Shown here one piece after another: positions 56,523-64,000 of a DNA stretch of 64,000 bases. Position numbers and translations under genes: made by a program. Source of the stretch: Verrucomicrobiota bacterium (GTDB lineage: Bacteria; Verrucomicrobiota; Verrucomicrobiia; Opitutales; Opitutaceae); assembly GCA_023446735.1 (NCBI GenBank), contig JAEXPQ010000150.1:22257-86256 (forward strand), given 5' to 3'. Within the stretch, counting starts at the first letter, position 1, and the number at the start of each line of letters is the position of its first letter. Below the pieces are notes generated by a model. The model searched no databases and was not told the origin of the DNA. It worked only from the letters and a program-made list of their open reading frames with translations.

Positions 56523-57713
56523 ATGGATAATGACCGAATGCTTCCTGCGGTTGCGCGCGCCCGCGATACAGTAGAGGCGCTAAACGCCGAGAACGGAACT
56601 CCCCGCAACTGGGTGTTCTGGTCGGCCGTTGCAGCTTCGGCAGCGTGTTTGATCGCCCTTCCCTTGGTGGAAGTAACCGTGACGGTGCGAGCCCCCGGAA
56701 TTGTCAGACCGGTCGAAGCTCCAGTGGAGATCCGAGCGCCGGTATCAGGTTGTCTCGCTGAAGTATTTGCAAAGGAGAATGTTGCGGTCTCTGCGAATGA
56801 ACCTCTATTCGAGATCGGCGCGCCTGAAAGTGACGAGCGAATGGAGACCCTGCAGCGACGCAGCGACGAACTTGAACCACTGCTGCACGATCTTGTCGCC
56901 CTTACAGAAGCCAATGACCTCAAAGAGGTGATTGTGCCTTCCGCGGTTGCGGAAGGCGCTCTCCGGACTCCACTTTACCGTAGTGAGCTTCTGAGGCTTC
57001 GCTCGGTTCTTGCGGCGTCAAATGTTGAGCGAGCCCAACTCGCCCGGGAGCTAGAGCGCACGAAGGCTCTTCACTCGCGGAGGTTAATCCCCGATAAAGA
57101 CCTCGACGCGGCGTGTGACGCGATCGGCCGTATCGAAGCATCTACAGATGCGACTGTTGCTGACGTTCTGGCTCGTTGGCAGGCAGAGCGGAGGAACTGT
57201 GAGGACACGAGAAAGTCAATTCAGAGCGATATCCGTGAACTGGTGGAGCTAAGGGCTCGCCGGCTTGTGCGGGCCCCTGTTGCTGGGGACCTTATCGGCT
57301 TTAGTGGTTGGAAGAAAGGGGTGTTCGTTGCTGAGGGACAGGTTATTGCGGCAATCTCGCCTCCAGGGGCCATGCGGGTAGAGACGTCGATCCGTTCCCG
57401 GGACCTTGCGCTACTGGCTCCGGGCCTTCCGGCGCGTGTTGAATGCGAAGCATTTCCGGCCACCGAATGGGGGTACCTCGATGGCTTTGTCGAGTCGATC
57501 GATCGTGATGTCAGATGGATCGATGGCCTCGCCAGTCGACGAATGCTGGTCGGCTTCATGCCAACTGGGCCAGAGGGTGGCGCAAAGTATGCGAATCGAT
57601 TGCAGAAGGGGATGGGCGCTGTTGTTCGAGTCGTCGTCGGTCGTCGCAGTCTCTGGCACTATCTCACCGAAAGTACAAATCGTTGGCTGGAGGAGAGTCC
57701 GAATGGAAAATAG
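56523..57713 (+). CDS. HlyD-family periplasmic adaptor (bacteriocin/microcin secretion accessory protein, CvaA-like)
   Basis: N-terminal TM segment WVFWSAVAASAACLIALPLV. Lipoyl-like VRAPGIVRPVEAPVEIRAPVSGCLAEVFAKENVAVSANEPLFEI. A coiled-coil middle. VRAPVAGDLIGF...GQVIAAISPPGAMRVETSIRSRDLALLAPGLPARVE beta-barrel domain. Confidence 0.85.
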   Translation: MDNDRMLPAVARARDTVEALNAENGTPRNWVFWSAVAASAACLIALPLVEVTVTVRAPGIVRPVEAPVEIRAPVSGCLAEVFAKENVAVSANEPLFEIGAPESDERMETLQRRSDELEPLLHDLVALTEANDLKEVIVPSAVAEGALRTPLYRSELLRLRSVLAASNVERAQLARELERTKALHSRRLIPDKDLDAACDAIGRIEASTDATVADVLARWQAERRNCEDTRKSIQSDIRELVELRARRLVRAPVAGDLIGFSGWKKGVFVAEGQVIAAISPPGAMRVETSIRSRDLALLAPGLPARVECEAFPATEWGYLDGFVESIDRDVRWIDGLASRRMLVGFMPTGPEGGAKYANRLQKGMGAVVRVVVGRRSLWHYLTESTNRWLEESPNGK

Positions 57714-57781
57714 GCGAGTCAACCAATCGCGGATGCATGTGCACTGCTGCTCTGCTTGCTCGCTTCGAGTAAAGGTCGAAT

Positions 57782-57810
57782 TTTACTACGCCAATATGGT
57801 GTAGTATATT
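57782..57810 (+). promoter_or_regulatory. candidate sigma-70-type promoter for the peptide genes
   Basis: TTTACT (57782-57787), 17-nt spacer, TATATT (57805-57810), 26 nt upstream of the first peptide ATG, in a ~35% GC stretch. The consensus for this phylum is assumed, not known. Confidence 0.35.
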
Positions 57811-57835
57811 GTAAGGCAAAACAAAACGGTAACCC

Positions 57836-58024
57836 ATGAATATGCAAAAATGCTTAGATGAATCGGAGCTCGCATCAATTGGCGGTGGCTTTGCCCCCTT
57901 GGGGGGTGGCAACTTGCCGCAGCCCCCGTCGAATACTGGTATAGATTTCACATTTAACTTTCTCTGGATGCTCCGAAACCTTTCGGAGCCCAGCAATACT
58001 TGGAGGCCGCGCGAGAGTGATTGA
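57836..58024 (+). CDS. double-glycine-leader precursor peptide 1 (class II bacteriocin/microcin-like)
   Basis: 62 aa. The leader MNMQKCLDESELASIGGG fits the GG-leader consensus relative to cleavage after G18 (-1/-2 GG, -4 I, -7 L, -8 E, -12 L). The 44-aa core is FAPLGGGNLPQPPSNTGIDFTFNFLWMLRNLSEPSNTWRPRESD. Confidence 0.7.
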   Translation: MNMQKCLDESELASIGGGFAPLGGGNLPQPPSNTGIDFTFNFLWMLRNLSEPSNTWRPRESD

Positions 58025-58078
58025 GCGGGATTCGGGCTCCCGAGCAATTTGTCCTGATCTAAAATTTTAGCGAACAGA

Positions 58079-58279
58079 ATGTCCCAAACAAACACTAAAA
58101 ATATGAAAGAGCTCACAGTAAATGAGATGCAAGCAATACAGGGGGGGCTGGCTCCTCTTGTGTATATTGGTTCCCTTCTTGTTGGCGCGGGGGGGTACGT
58201 GCTAAAAGATATATATGACAACTGGGGGGTTTTTAAGGAAGGTTTTGCGGATGGGCAGAGTGTCTGGAAAAAAAAGTAA
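58079..58279 (+). CDS. double-glycine-leader precursor peptide 2
   Basis: 66 aa (or 58 from the internal MKEL start). The leader ...MKELTVNEMQAIQGG has -4 I, -7 M, -8 E, -12 L. The 43-aa core LAPLVYIGSLLVGAGGYVLKDIYDNWGVFKEGFADGQSVWKKK has a GxxxG-type hydrophobic helix and a cationic tail. Confidence 0.75.
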   Translation: MSQTNTKNMKELTVNEMQAIQGGLAPLVYIGSLLVGAGGYVLKDIYDNWGVFKEGFADGQSVWKKK

Positions 58280-58281
58280 CA

Positions 58282-58461
58282 ATGGATACACTAAATGATA
58301 GCCAGATGGCTCTTGTTAATGGCGGTGGCGCGGAGGCTGTCCGCGATATTGCCCAGTTTTGTGGCGGATTTTGGGAGGGGCTAAAGATTTTTGGCCCTGG
58401 CCCAGATGGTCACTTTACTGGGGCGATAGCAATGGGGATCGTCTCTGCCAAGAGCAAATAA
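58282..58461 (+). CDS. double-glycine-leader precursor peptide 3 (below the 60-aa ORF-track cutoff)
   Basis: Hand-translated as MDTLNDSQMALVNGG|GAEAVRDIAQFCGGFWEGLKIFGPGPDGHFTGAIAMGIVSAKSK (59 aa). The leader has -4 V, -7 M, -12 L. It starts 3 nt after the stop of peptide 2. Confidence 0.65.
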   Translation: MDTLNDSQMALVNGGGAEAVRDIAQFCGGFWEGLKIFGPGPDGHFTGAIAMGIVSAKSK

Positions 58462-58473
58462 TCTATATCTCGG

Positions 58474-58504
58474 GTCGCCGGGCAAGATCTGCTCGGCGAC
58501 TTTT
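58474..58504 (+). terminator. weak rho-independent terminator/attenuator after peptide 3
   Basis: GTCGCCG...CGGCGAC 7-bp stem (58474-58480 / 58494-58500) followed by TTTT. Confidence 0.4.
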
Positions 58505-58515
58505 CGATTGACTAC

Positions 58516-58644
58516 ATGAGAATCTCCAACGATGAACGAAGCGCGATCCTTGGGATCGTTAGCGGTTGGATTGTTGCAATTTCGCTAGTTGAAAACTGGA
58601 CTGCGCTCGTGCGGTTGGTGGCGATATTGATGAAGTGGAGTTGA
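58516..58644 (+). CDS. 42-aa hydrophobic ORF (speculative immunity/accessory peptide)
   Basis: Hand-translated as MRISNDERSAILGIVSGWIVAISLVENWTALVRLVAILMKWS. It has one or two hydrophobic helices. It sits between the precursor peptides and the exporter, where immunity genes often lie. There is no other support. Confidence 0.25.
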   Translation: MRISNDERSAILGIVSGWIVAISLVENWTALVRLVAILMKWS

Positions 58645-58928
58645 CTCGATCCGTTCTGGTTGGGGCGCAAGTTCTTTGGAATGTTGTGCCGAAGTAGCTC
58701 TCGCATTTTCGGTAGCGCGAATATTCGACCGATTTCAGGCTTTAGTGACGGAACGCGGTTGCTGGTACGTCGTTTGTTTGCGTCTCTGGCCCGCGTAAAG
58801 CATGCCTCGCGAGCAGGGTGAGTCGATTTGTCTGGCTCAGCGGGTCAGCTTGTTCATCAGTTTTGTTCGTTGTCGCCGGTGGGCGCTATAGCATGCAAGA
58901 AGATCGCTGATGTGTGGAAATCAAACTC

Positions 58929-61058
58929 ATGAGACAACGAGACCAGTCTGACTGTGGGCCAACCTGCCTGGCCTATCTTGCCCGCCGTTACGGCCTGCGG
59001 GTTTCGATTGCTCAATTGCGCTTGGCTGGTGGAACGGACCGGCAGGGCACGTCTGCGCTTGGTTTGGTTAATGCGGCGAAGACAATAGGCCTATCCGCTC
59101 GGGGATTTCGCGCTGAGTTGAGTTCGGTCGGCGAGGCGCCTGTGCCGTTTATAGCCCATTGTCGCTTACCCAATCAGTTGCTTCACTATGTTGTCGTTTG
59201 TGGGTTTCGGATTGGGGTGCGCGTTCGGGTTATGGACCCGGCTGTGGGTCGTGAAGAATGGTGGCCTTGGGAGCAGTTTTCTGCTGTGTTTACTGGGGTG
59301 CTCTTGTTGGTTTCCCCAGAACCGTCACTCGCCCCAAGCGATAGGCGCGATGTCGGTCGGACTCCGCTCCGTCGTCTTTGGTTGTTGTTGCGGCCGCATC
59401 GGACGCTTTGGCTTCAGGCATTTGTCGGCGCGGTGTTCTCTACTGCATTGGCGCTTGCGACATCCCTTTATGTCGAGAATTTGATGGACCGTGTTATTCC
59501 TGACAGCGATCGCCGTTTGCTTATCCTAATGAGTTTAGGCATGCTTGTCGTGCTTGGTTTGCGAGTAATGCTCGGTGTGCTGCAGAACCGTCTCGCTTTA
59601 TATACGGCGCAGCGTATCGATGCGAGTCTCATCCTGGGTTATTACAAACATCTGCTTGGGTTGCCGCAAGTTTTCTTCGATTCGATGCGAGCCGGGGAGA
59701 TAGTGTCCAGGGTTAGTGATGCTGTTAAGATCCGTGAGTTTCTCAATAGCACTTTGGTTAATATTGCTCTTCAGCCGCTTATTCTGATTTTTGCCCTGGT
59801 TGCGATGTTTATTTACTCTTGGAAACTGGGCCTTATTTCAGTAGCCTTGGTTCCGTTGTTGGCGGCCGTATGGTGGTTCGCCAATCGATGCAACCGACGG
59901 CAACACCGAGCCCTCATGGAGCGTAGTGCTGATTTCGACGCTCAACTGGTCGAGTCGCTTCATGCGCAACGCGTGATTCGTGGATTTGGTCTCGAAGAAG
60001 AGTTTGCGCTCCGAAACGAGAGTCGTCTTGTCCGGCTGTTGCGCACAGTCCGGGGAGTGGCGAACACTGGAATACTGACCGGTTCCGCAAGTGCGCTAAT
60101 AACCCAGGGGTTCTCTCTGCTATTGCTTTCGTTTGGGACCTCTCTTGTTCTTTGTACGGAGATCACTCCGGGTGAGCTTTTCTCATGCTATACGTTGGCT
60201 GGATACCTTACAGGCCCTTCGTTGGCGCTAGTCGGGCTCAATGCCAGTATTCAGCAAGCGCTAGTGGCGACGGATCGTCTGTACGAAATCATGGACCTGG
60301 AGCTTGAGAAGGAGTCGGGTTCGGTTCACATGGTTGAGCGCCATGCGAAGTGGCCGATTGTGTTCGACAGGGTTACATACCGCCATGCGGGGCGGCTGCC
60401 TGTGCTCGCCGACTTTTCCGCGACTATTGCTCCAGGGGCGGTATCTGTGTTTACCGGTGCATCGGGATGTGGGAAAAGCACAGCATTGGCTTTATTGCAG
60501 CGTCTATACCGACCCGAGACAGGTCGGATTATGATCGGGCAGATTGATCTAGCCCACTATACCTTCGGCAGCTTAACTGCAGCGATTGGTGTCGTGCCGC
60601 AAAAGGTGGATCTGCTTGCTGGTACGATCTTGGAGAACTTGGTGCCTGGGACAGCCGAACCAGACCTGGAGGCGCTAGTTCGTTTGTGCCGAGAGGCAGG
60701 TTTCATGGATTTTATAGATCGCCAACCTCAAGGCTTCTTCACGCTATTGAATGAGAACGGGCTGAATTTGTCGGGTGGGCAGCGCCAAAAGCTTGCGATT
60801 ATCCGCGCTCTGTTTCGGCGACCTTTGATTCTTTTGCTTGATGAACCGAGTTCTGCACTGGACGAAGAAGCCGAGTCTCAGCTAATTGAGATGCTCCGAC
60901 GGAGGCGCGAACATGGCACCACCATCGTGATGGCTGCGCACAGCCCCCGACTTCTCTCTATCGCAGACAATTTAATCCATATTGGCGCGCGCCCGAGTGC
61001 AGCGGAGCGGAGTTGCGATCATATGGCTCTATGTCGTACAGAGGCTGCGATGAAGTAG
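58929..61058 (+). CDS. peptidase-C39-containing ABC transporter (PCAT/AMS-type bacteriocin maturation and export protein, CvaB/ComA-like)
   Basis: The N-terminal C39 domain has all catalytic residues: Q-x5-C (RQRDQSDCGPTCLA), His (LLHYVVVCG) and Asp (VMDPAVG). Six TM segments follow. The NBD has GASGCGKST, LSGGQRQ and LLLDEPSSALD. GTG 58914 is an alternative start. Confidence 0.9.
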   Translation: MRQRDQSDCGPTCLAYLARRYGLRVSIAQLRLAGGTDRQGTSALGLVNAAKTIGLSARGFRAELSSVGEAPVPFIAHCRLPNQLLHYVVVCGFRIGVRVRVMDPAVGREEWWPWEQFSAVFTGVLLLVSPEPSLAPSDRRDVGRTPLRRLWLLLRPHRTLWLQAFVGAVFSTALALATSLYVENLMDRVIPDSDRRLLILMSLGMLVVLGLRVMLGVLQNRLALYTAQRIDASLILGYYKHLLGLPQVFFDSMRAGEIVSRVSDAVKIREFLNSTLVNIALQPLILIFALVAMFIYSWKLGLISVALVPLLAAVWWFANRCNRRQHRALMERSADFDAQLVESLHAQRVIRGFGLEEEFALRNESRLVRLLRTVRGVANTGILTGSASALITQGFSLLLLSFGTSLVLCTEITPGELFSCYTLAGYLTGPSLALVGLNASIQQALVATDRLYEIMDLELEKESGSVHMVERHAKWPIVFDRVTYRHAGRLPVLADFSATIAPGAVSVFTGASGCGKSTALALLQRLYRPETGRIMIGQIDLAHYTFGSLTAAIGVVPQKVDLLAGTILENLVPGTAEPDLEALVRLCREAGFMDFIDRQPQGFFTLLNENGLNLSGGQRQKLAIIRALFRRPLILLLDEPSSALDEEAESQLIEMLRRRREHGTTIVMAAHSPRLLSIADNLIHIGARPSAAERSCDHMALCRTEAAMK

Positions 61059-61116
61059 GTTGTTTGCTCCAGTTGGTGGCGCCAACCCGGCGAGATCATT
61101 AGGCGGGTTTGGACGC

Positions 61117-62109
61117 TCAGAAGAGCGCGCCGGCGGCGACGCCCACGGCGCTGATCGGACCCTGGTCGCTCATGCCGTCGAGCGCGCGGTCGGCCTTGCG
61201 GACCACGCCCTGCACATCCTTGTAGAGCTGCTCGTCGGTGAGCAGCTTGCCGAGGGTGCCCTGGCCGCTGTTGAGCTTGGTCGAGAGGTCGCGGAAGTTG
61301 GCGACGGTGAGCTTCAGGTTGTCGGCGGTGGCCTGGTCGTAGAGCAGCGTGCCCACGGCGCCCTGGCCGGACTTCACGTGGTCGATGATGCCGCGGGTGT
61401 CGGCGACGAAGGTCTTCGCCTCGCCGGCGGCGGAGCGGATCTCGGCGATGGCGGCGAGCAGTTCGTCGTGGGCGGTGGGCTCGTTGATGAGCTTGCCGAT
61501 GGTGCCCTTGCCGGAGCGGATCTCGGTGGTGATCGCGTTGAGGTTGTCGATCGTGCGCGTGAGGTTCTCGCTGTTGTTGGTCACCAGCGTGTCCAGCTTC
61601 TGGAAGAGACCGCCCTGACCGCCGGCCGCGCCGGTCATGCCGCTGATGCCGGAGACGGCGCCCTTGATGTCGCCGGCCACGCTGCCGAGGTCGGCGAGGA
61701 TGGTGTTGATGTCGGCGCTCTCCTTGGTGGCGAGCTGGCCTCCGGCCTCGAGATAGCCGGCCTCCTTGGTGCCGAAATCCAGCGAGATGTAGCCGCCGCC
61801 GAGCAGGCCGGCCATGGCGATGGTGGCGGTGGCGTCCTTGGCGACGCGGGTGTCGTTGTCGAGAAGCAGCACCGCCTCGGCGTGGCCGTCGGCCAGGCGG
61901 GTCTCCTTGACGGAGCCGATGCGCACGCCGGCCTGGCGGACATCGTCGCCGGGCTTGAGCTCCTTGAGGGTGTGGAAGCGGGCGACGACGGCGTAGCCCT
62001 GCTGGCGGGCGAAGGTGCCGCCGTTGAGGGCCACGTAGGTGACCCAGAGCAGCGCGACGCCGATGAGGAAGAAAAGGCCGACGCGGGCCGACATTTGGGC
62101 GTTGTTCAT
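61117..62109 (-). CDS. mlaD: MlaD/MCE-family substrate-binding protein
   Basis: N-terminal TM segment, then the MCE domain YAVVARFHTLKELKPGDDVRQAGVRIGSVKETRL...AVLLLDND, and a long helical C-terminal extension. Confidence 0.8.
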   Translation of the reverse strand: MNNAQMSARVGLFFLIGVALLWVTYVALNGGTFARQQGYAVVARFHTLKELKPGDDVRQAGVRIGSVKETRLADGHAEAVLLLDNDTRVAKDATATIAMAGLLGGGYISLDFGTKEAGYLEAGGQLATKESADINTILADLGSVAGDIKGAVSGISGMTGAAGGQGGLFQKLDTLVTNNSENLTRTIDNLNAITTEIRSGKGTIGKLINEPTAHDELLAAIAEIRSAAGEAKTFVADTRGIIDHVKSGQGAVGTLLYDQATADNLKLTVANFRDLSTKLNSGQGTLGKLLTDEQLYKDVQGVVRKADRALDGMSDQGPISAVGVAAGALF

Positions 62110-62912
62110 GAGGAGACCTCCAGTTGCTTGAAGCGCGGATGTTGCAGATCGATTTTCGGATTCAGAAAGTCCTGCACGGCCGGATCGCGCAGGGCGCGCA
62201 GCTCGGCGGGTGTGGAGACGGAGACGAGCCGGCCCTTCATCAGGATGGCGACGCGGTCGGCGATCGTGAGGGCGAGGTCGCGGTCGTGGGTGACGACGAT
62301 CGTTGTCACCGAGATATGCTGACGGAGTGTGGCGATGATCTCGGAGATCGTGGCCGCCATGATCGGGTCGAGCTCCGAGGTCGGTTCATCGAAGAGGATG
62401 AGCTGGGGCTCCATCACGAGAGCGCGGGCGACGGCCACGCGTTTCTTCATGCCGCCGGAGAGCTCGGAGGGGTACTTGTGGGCGGCGGACTCGAGGGAGA
62501 GGACCTTGAGCGCGCGCATGACGCGGTCGCGGATCTCGCCCTTCGGGCAGAGACGGTGCTCGAGCGGGTAGAGCGCGAGGTTGTCGTAGACCGTGAGCGA
62601 GTTGAAGAGCGCGCCGGCCTGGAAAACGAGCGCGAGGGCGTAGCGGTCGCGGGTGTCGGGCTCGGCGGGATCATGGCCGTCGACACGCACGCTGCCGGCG
62701 GTGGGCAGGTCGAGTCCGGCGATCTGGCGCAGGAGCACGCTCTTGCCGGAGCCGCTGGGGCCCATGATGGCGAAGATCTCGCCCGGCTGCACCGCGAGGT
62801 TGATGTCGGCGAGCACGCGCTGCGGACCGAAGGCCTTGGCGAGGCCTTTGACTTCGACGGCGACTGGCTGGCGATCGGAGCTGCGGGCCACGTGATGGGT
62901 GGTGGTTTTCAT
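62106..62912 (-). CDS. mlaF: ABC transporter ATP-binding protein (MlaF-like)
   Basis: GPSGSGKSVLL Walker A, LSGGMKKRVAVARAL signature, ILFDEPTSELD Walker B. ATGA overlap with mlaD. Confidence 0.85.
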   Translation of the reverse strand: MKTTTHHVARSSDRQPVAVEVKGLAKAFGPQRVLADINLAVQPGEIFAIMGPSGSGKSVLLRQIAGLDLPTAGSVRVDGHDPAEPDTRDRYALALVFQAGALFNSLTVYDNLALYPLEHRLCPKGEIRDRVMRALKVLSLESAAHKYPSELSGGMKKRVAVARALVMEPQLILFDEPTSELDPIMAATISEIIATLRQHISVTTIVVTHDRDLALTIADRVAILMKGRLVSVSTPAELRALRDPAVQDFLNPKIDLQHPRFKQLEVSS

Positions 62913-62924
62913 CGTTGGCGGCGC

Positions 62925-63680
62925 TCAGGCGAGGAGTTTGGTGACGAAGAAATCGAGCACCAGGATGAGGATGAGCGAGATGACCACGGCACGGGTGACC
63001 GCGGCGCCGATCTCGCGCGGGCCGCCGCGGGTGCGCAGGCCTGTGTTGCAGGCGGTGAGGATCACCACAAAGCCGAAGATCTCGCTCTTGATCAGGCCGT
63101 GCGTGAGATCGGTGGTGGTCAGGAACTCCTTCAACGACCGGAAATAGATCTCGGGCGAGATGCTGATCAGCGGCTCGAAGTTGCAGACGACCATGCCGCC
63201 GAGCCAGCCGATGATGATGCCGACCAGCGCGAGCAACGGCATGAAGAGCAGCACCGCGAGCAGACGCGGCAGCACCAGGAAACGCTCCGGCGGGATGTTC
63301 ATCGTCACCAGCGCGTCGACCTCCTGATACACCCGCATCGAGGCGAGCTCGGCGGTGATCGCGGAGCCCACGCGGCTGGCGAGGATGATGGCGACCATCA
63401 CGGGACCGAGTTCGCGGGTCATCGATTCGCCCACGAGCGTGCCGATCATCGACTGCATGTTCAGATCGGCGACGGAGATGCCCGACTGCAACGCGAGCAC
63501 GGCGCCGATGAAGAAACAGAGGATGGCGACGATCGGCAGCGAGCTGTAGCTGCCGAGGTAGGCCTGCTCGACGACGCGCTTGATGATGCGCGGCGCGGTC
63601 GGCAGCGAGGCGAAGGAACGGTAGGCGAGGATGAGCGCGCTGCCGATGCCGTCGCAGGTTTCTGGAACGATGTGTTTCAT
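62925..63680 (-). CDS. mlaE: MlaE-family ABC transporter permease
   Basis: ELGPVMVAIILASRVGSAITAELASMRVYQEVDALVTMNIPPERFLVLPRLLA matches the MlaE/YrbE core motif (E-x-DAL). Confidence 0.85.
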   Translation of the reverse strand: MKHIVPETCDGIGSALILAYRSFASLPTAPRIIKRVVEQAYLGSYSSLPIVAILCFFIGAVLALQSGISVADLNMQSMIGTLVGESMTRELGPVMVAIILASRVGSAITAELASMRVYQEVDALVTMNIPPERFLVLPRLLAVLLFMPLLALVGIIIGWLGGMVVCNFEPLISISPEIYFRSLKEFLTTTDLTHGLIKSEIFGFVVILTACNTGLRTRGGPREIGAAVTRAVVISLILILVLDFFVTKLLA

Positions 63681-64000
63681 GGAGGTCCGTCGGCTGGCGC
63701 CGGGGCGGAGGAGGCGTTGGCGGAATCGGGGGCGCGGCGATCGAAGAGCGCCGGAAGAAGGGAGAAGCGGGTGCGGTCGCCCTCGCGGCCGAGGCGGCAG
63801 AGCGGGCCGAGCGCGATGCGCCAGCTGTCCGCCTCGCGCCGGTAGGTGACGAGGTCGAAGACGAACGACGTGCGCACGGCGTCGGCCGAGCGGCGGTCGA
63901 ACCGGAAGAGGGCGAAGAGGGGCGACCAGAGTTGGCGCACGCGGTCGTCGTGCTGGTAGAAGACCTCGAACGGGCTGAGGGCCTGCACCTGCCGGCGTCC
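63677..64000 (-). CDS. hypothetical protein, C-terminal part (gene runs off the window)
   Basis: The reading frame is open to position 64000. Its stop overlaps the mlaE start (ATGA). No family recognised. Confidence 0.5.
   Translation of the reverse strand, partial: GRRQVQALSPFEVFYQHDDRVRQLWSPLFALFRFDRRSADAVRTSFVFDLVTYRREADSWRIALGPLCRLGREGDRTRFSLLPALFDRRAPDSANASSAPAPADGPP

Noticed and set aside
58512-58706. 64-aa minus-strand ORF in the gap between peptide 3 and the exporter gene
   Set aside because: It is antisense to the operon direction and has no start context, hydrophobicity pattern or motif. The plus-strand 42-aa hydrophobic ORF is the more plausible, though still weak, candidate.
61060-63845. 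Plus-strand ORFs of 420 aa and 573 aa across the Mla operon
   Set aside because: They are antisense shadows (Gly/Asp/Glu/Arg/Ala-rich). The minus-strand frames carry Walker motifs and MlaE and MCE signatures.

Overview
High-GC bacterial chromosomal segment. By eye it is about 65-70% GC, with three visibly AT-richer blocks. Prepilin-type N-termini, the TonB-receptor N-termini and weak or absent Shine-Dalgarno sequences suggest a Verrucomicrobiota (Opitutales-like) organism; this is inference only. Layout: (1) 0.08-1.3 kb holds two paralogous pilin/pseudopilin-like genes. (2) 1.3-39.5 kb is a ~38 kb mosaic cell-surface glycan locus. It encodes a Wzm/Wzt ABC exporter with a coupled kinase-like/methyltransferase gene, a polyprenyl-phosphate glycosylphosphotransferase, and many GT-A/GT-B glycosyltransferases, including a 1306-aa three-module enzyme. 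It also encodes five GT-C/YfhO-type polytopic enzymes, six SAM methyltransferases, two SDR epimerase/dehydratases, an acyltransferase-3, a PfkB kinase and a membrane sulfatase-family transferase. The locus is interrupted by repeat-rich spacers, a four-helix-bundle gene stub and an ISL3 transposase remnant. (3) 39.8-43.9 kb holds a small secreted protein, a zinc-ribbon protein, and an operon of ECF sigma, putative anti-sigma and a beta-helix/RDD membrane protein. (4) 44.2-52.2 kb holds two paralogous TonB-dependent receptors flanking an S9 peptidase. (5) 52.5-55.2 kb holds an apparently intact IS1634-family element abutting a decayed IS5-like transposase gene. (6) 55.2-61.1 kb is an AT-richer island encoding an atypical LuxR-type regulator, a HlyD-type adaptor, three tandem double-glycine-leader precursor peptides, a tiny hydrophobic ORF and a C39-peptidase ABC exporter. 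This is my top candidate for an undescribed system. (7) 61.1-64.0 kb is an MlaFED-like lipid-transport operon. I found no rRNA, tRNA or CRISPR. All homology calls come from motif recognition by eye; no database search was run.
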